Source: an uncultured Methanolobus sp. (GTDB taxonomy: Archaea > Halobacteriota > Methanosarcinia > Methanosarcinales > Methanosarcinaceae). Taken from it: a DNA stretch of 64,000 bases. The position numbers and the translations under genes are program-made. A model generated the notes under the pieces. The model was not told where the DNA came from, did not search any database, and was given only the letters and a program-made list of their open reading frames with translations. Below, piece by piece: positions 60,484-64,000 of this stretch (the stretch's first letter is position 1; every line of letters begins with the position of its first letter). Location: contig OY776215.1 of assembly GCA_963675495.1 (NCBI GenBank), positions 1,120,001 to 1,184,000 of the forward strand. The letters are read 5' to 3'.

Positions 60484-60940
60484 AATTCTCACTGTAAAGT
60501 TATTATCAAATATAGGATGGAGAAGTGATTGTAGGGGTATAATGGTTGCGCTTTGGTTGTGAGGAGAAGAATGAAAAATACAGTGTGTATAGAATGACCC
60601 TAGTTAAGAATATTAATTTGAATAAATCTTAACCATTAAGCAAAATTATATGCTTATCAACATAAACAGGACTATTCCCACTACAAATAAGAGTCCGATA
60701 ATTTTGAATACTATCTTCATACTTGAATTGAAATCTTTTTTAAACTGCTTTTTAATACTGCGGATACTTTCACGCCTATAATCCATAAAAACCTAATATC
60801 AAATATTGTATCACCTCTATATAAAGAATTTACAGGGCTGGTGAAAGTATTATAAAAAATCCCATCCAGCTAACAATTCTAAAAAATATCAAAAAAGACG
60901 GTCAACTGAACCATCCTTCTGAATACAGTATGCTCACTCA

Positions 60941-61399
60941 TTAAAAACCAAAAAACTGTGATACTTTCAGGACCACATTTGCAACTGTGTATTTGACAGT
61001 ACTTACAAGACCTACTGGCTCGATGACTATTTCTCCATTGTCCTTTGCAGCAATGAACTCAGCCAGCGGATCTGAAGACCTTATAACGCTTCTTACTGTA
61101 GCTTCATTTGCACCTACGATCATGGTTGCATCGAACTCTTCGTCTTCATCAACCTCTTCAAATGTAGTGATGTAACCGTCTTCTGTAATTGCTTTTATAT
61201 ATACCTCATCTCCATCGTCAGTGACGATCGCCAGTTCGATAACCTCATTTCCCAGGAGGGATTTTAGGTAAGAAGGCAGGTATTCGGCATTCGCATTGTA
61301 TTCATCGACCTTAATGTTTAGGTCATCAACTATATCTGCACTGGCAACTGGCATCATTATCGCCAGCAACAGCATCAATATGATTAGTATTTTTTTCAT
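60941..61399 (-). CDS. Secreted acidic hypothetical protein
   Basis: Sec signal MKKILIILMLLLAIMMPVASA; acidic mature part. Confidence 0.7.
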   Translation of the reverse strand: MKKILIILMLLLAIMMPVASADIVDDLNIKVDEYNANAEYLPSYLKSLLGNEVIELAIVTDDGDEVYIKAITEDGYITTFEEVDEDEEFDATMIVGANEATVRSVIRSSDPLAEFIAAKDNGEIVIEPVGLVSTVKYTVANVVLKVSQFFGF

Positions 61400-61504
61400 C
61401 CACGCTCTCTCCATTTCGATTTTATTACTTTATTATAAGAAACTCCCTAATCATATATATGTTATAATTCTAGTTATGCTTTTTCACACTGCAGAAAAGA
61501 ATGG

Positions 61505-62686
61505 TCAACTGAACCACCCTCTTGTCCTCATACATACTTTCACAAGCATGAGCATAACAGGCACTTCAATAAGAACCCCCACAACAGTTGCAAGGGCAGC
61601 ACCAGATGAAAGACCAAAGAGTATCGTAGATGTGGCAATGGCAACCTCGAAATGGTTCGATGCACCGATCATTGCAGAAGGAGCTGCATCCTGATAGCTC
61701 AGTTTCAGCAGCTTTGCAAGAATATACCCCAGCGTGAAGATGAACACCGTCTGAATAAAAAGCGGCACAGCTATCCACAGAATTGTCAGTGGTTGTGACA
61801 GTATTGTTTCTCCCTTGAAACTAAATAGCAGTATAAGTGTAACAAGAAGGGCTGTTATCGTCACAGGTGTCAGCAGGTGGACAAAGCTCGTATTGAACCA
61901 TTCCTCACCCTTCTTATGGATGATCAGTTTTCTGGAAACATACCCCGCAGCCAGTGGAAGTGCCACGTATATCCCTATGGACAGAGCCAGCGCCTGCCAG
62001 GGTACAGGAAGCCTTCCCACACCCAGCAGGAAACCTCCCAGGGGACCATAAAGAAACAGCATAGCAAGAGAATTTATCGCAACCATCACAAGAGTATGGC
62101 AGTCATTCCCACGAGCCAGATATCCCCACACAAGTACCATTGCAGTACATGGAGCTATTCCCAGAAGGATACAACCCGCAAGGTAGCTTCTCCACAATGG
62201 GACCTCCAGCATCTTGATACCATCCTGAAGAACAACGGTTCCTTCACCATAACTCGCACCTACAGGAAGATCAAGTCCGAAAGGCATCTTCACAAGGTCT
62301 GTTGCTTCCGGACCAATGAATCCGAGAAACAGTGTGCCCAAAAAGAAAAGCGATATCAGGTACATTGTAAACGGCTTGATAGCCCAGTTAATGAAAAGTG
62401 TAAGCCCCACTGGCTTCATACTCTTACCAGCCTTGAGAACTTCACCAAAATCGATCTTCACCATGATAGGATACATCATGAAGAACAGGCAGATAGCTAT
62501 TGGAATCGAAACAACCGGTGCTTCATTCACATATATTGACAGGCTGTCAAGATAGAGTGCAACTTCCGGTGCAAACCTCCCAAGCAGAATTCCCCCAATG
62601 ATACAGAGAATTACCCACACCGGAAGGTACTTTTCAAAGAAGGCAAGGCCTTGCGGCTCTTTAGTGATACATGCTTTTGTAGCCAT
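61505..62686 (-). CDS. acr3: ACR3-family arsenite efflux pump
   Basis: [49 protein letters not shown]. Confidence 0.95.
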   Translation of the reverse strand: MATKACITKEPQGLAFFEKYLPVWVILCIIGGILLGRFAPEVALYLDSLSIYVNEAPVVSIPIAICLFFMMYPIMVKIDFGEVLKAGKSMKPVGLTLFINWAIKPFTMYLISLFFLGTLFLGFIGPEATDLVKMPFGLDLPVGASYGEGTVVLQDGIKMLEVPLWRSYLAGCILLGIAPCTAMVLVWGYLARGNDCHTLVMVAINSLAMLFLYGPLGGFLLGVGRLPVPWQALALSIGIYVALPLAAGYVSRKLIIHKKGEEWFNTSFVHLLTPVTITALLVTLILLFSFKGETILSQPLTILWIAVPLFIQTVFIFTLGYILAKLLKLSYQDAAPSAMIGASNHFEVAIATSTILFGLSSGAALATVVGVLIEVPVMLMLVKVCMRTRGWFS

Positions 62687-62777
62687 AGAACTGATCCCCA
62701 CAAATGTTCTTTCCCCGAGAACTTAAACAGATACGGAACAGACATTAAACCTCAAATACTTGTTCTGAACATCCATT

Positions 62778-62795
62778 TTTCAAATATATTTGAAA
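62778..62795. promoter_or_regulatory. Perfect 18-bp palindrome upstream of acr3 (candidate ArsR-type operator)
   Basis: TTTCAAATATATTTGAAA, just downstream (minus strand) of TATA-like CTTATATATT. Confidence 0.55.
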
Positions 62796-62848
62796 TGTTG
62801 GGCTGTAAATATATAAGAATTATGCTCACAGCAAATAAGAAAGTAGCA

Positions 62849-63343
62849 TTATTTCCCAAATGTCAGGGAGACCCATTTCCTTATCTCATCCCTGACCCGC
62901 CGGAAGACTATGAGCTGTTCCTCCTCAGAACCCACGGCTTCAGCAGGATCCTCGAAACTTTTGTGAATTAATCTCTCTGCTTTTGGAAATCTGGATGGAA
63001 GGTCCGAATCAGCTACTTCAGGCATATTGCAGATAGGACATGCCTGTTTAGCCCGGTCGCAGACCGTAACAAGAATATCAAATACAGTACCCTGATATTC
63101 CTGAGATGCTTTGGAGCGCTGACTGGAAATATCGATTCCTATTTCCTGCATGACAAACACAGCACGGGAATCAACATTTGTTGCCTCTATGCCAGCGCTG
63201 TAAGCTTCGTATATATCACCATAAATATCCCTCAGAAATCCTTCGGCCATCTGAGACCTGGCTGAATTATGGTAACACAGGAAGAGAATCTTCTCCTGTG
63301 TACCCGTACTATTTTCCATCTTATTATTAGTACCCATGATCAC
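62849..63343 (-). CDS. arsC: Arsenate reductase, LMW-PTP fold (thioredoxin-coupled type); start uncertain
   Basis: FLCYHNSARSQMAEG, SAG, VTVCD.....CP, FEDP. Confidence 0.88.
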   Translation of the reverse strand: MIMGTNNKMENSTGTQEKILFLCYHNSARSQMAEGFLRDIYGDIYEAYSAGIEATNVDSRAVFVMQEIGIDISSQRSKASQEYQGTVFDILVTVCDRAKQACPICNMPEVADSDLPSRFPKAERLIHKSFEDPAEAVGSEEEQLIVFRRVRDEIRKWVSLTFGK

Positions 63344-63372
63344 ATCTCGAAAAGAATGTTGATTATCAGATT

Positions 63373-63819
63373 TTAGGAACTGGTTATTTCTTCAACAAAT
63401 TTTTCCACACTTTCCCTTATGGAGTTCCTTAGAGTCCGCGCTTTCTCCAATTTTTCTTCTTCAGTACCTGTAAAGGATTCTGGGTCAGAGTAAGGCCAGT
63501 TCAACTGCACAAATGGTTTGGGAAATAAAGGACATTCTTCCTCATGTGCTCTGTCACATACCGTTATGACATACTTGAATAATCTTCCTTCTTTAAAAAG
63601 ATCCCATGCTGATTGAGTTTTCTTTCCACTGAGATCAAAACCATCCTCCTCCATAACCTTTTGAACTAAAGGATTCAGGCTTGTAAGTTTATACCCGGCA
63701 CTTTCAACTTCAAACCTGTCCCCACCAATCTTTTTCAAGTATGCTTCGGCTATCTGACTTCTTCCACTGTTATGAACACATACAAAAAGGACCTTTATCT
63801 TATTGTCACTGGATGCCAT
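63373..63819 (-). CDS. arsC: Arsenate reductase, LMW-PTP fold (second copy)
   Basis: FVCVHNSGRSQIAE, ESAG, ITVCD......CP, W...DP. Confidence 0.88.
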   Translation of the reverse strand: MASSDNKIKVLFVCVHNSGRSQIAEAYLKKIGGDRFEVESAGYKLTSLNPLVQKVMEEDGFDLSGKKTQSAWDLFKEGRLFKYVITVCDRAHEEECPLFPKPFVQLNWPYSDPESFTGTEEEKLEKARTLRNSIRESVEKFVEEITSS

Positions 63820-63853
63820 ATAACCTATTTTCTACATGCAGCAATGATAAAGT

Positions 63854-63869
63854 TAATCTATATAGATTA
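63854..63869. promoter_or_regulatory. 16-bp palindrome upstream of arsC
   Basis: TAATCTATATAGATTA overlapping the TATA region. Confidence 0.35.
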
Positions 63870-64000
63870 TATAATATCATAGATTGCTGTTTGCACCTTC
63901 ATAGTAACAGGCAAAAAACTCAAAAGCAATTCACTGAAATGCCACGTATCCCACAACAATAAAACCAATTACTGCACAATCATTATATCAATTGTTCAAA

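Overview
Archaeal window, almost certainly a methanogen of the Methanosarcinaceae (Methanolobus/Methanococcoides-like; inferred from gene content and protein style). The core is the minus-strand ribosomal superoperon (rpl3 to secY, adk, cmk, cbf5, tRNA-Ser, then rps13-rps4-rps11-rpoD and two identical tRNA-Leu(GAG) genes). Housekeeping genes flank it: type IV pilus-type ATPase and platform, uppS, galU, iorAB, proAB, cca, ogg, two pfkC paralogues, argCJ and an acr3/arsC/arsC cluster. Two accessory regions stand out. (1) A ~15 kb island (8.3-23.1 kb) holds redox, efflux and regulator genes plus nrdJ. It ends in a casposon relic missed by the ORF track: a frameshifted casposase (Cas1-solo) C-terminus, an AT-rich cargo gene, a TIR-like end and a 14-bp TSD-like sequence overlapping a decayed third tRNA-Leu copy. 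(2) A four-gene operon (44.3-46.7 kb) encodes two paralogous DUF2589-like helix/beta-hairpin proteins, a coiled-coil plus hairpin-domain plus 2xPASTA protein and a small I9-like protein; it is the best candidate for an undescribed system. Other signals: a possible invertible segment around nrdJ-hxlR, paralogue-specific MarR operators, structured ribosomal leaders, a candidate sRNA and an in-frame amber junction between the two pfkC genes. Family assignments come from motif recognition and recall, not database searches.
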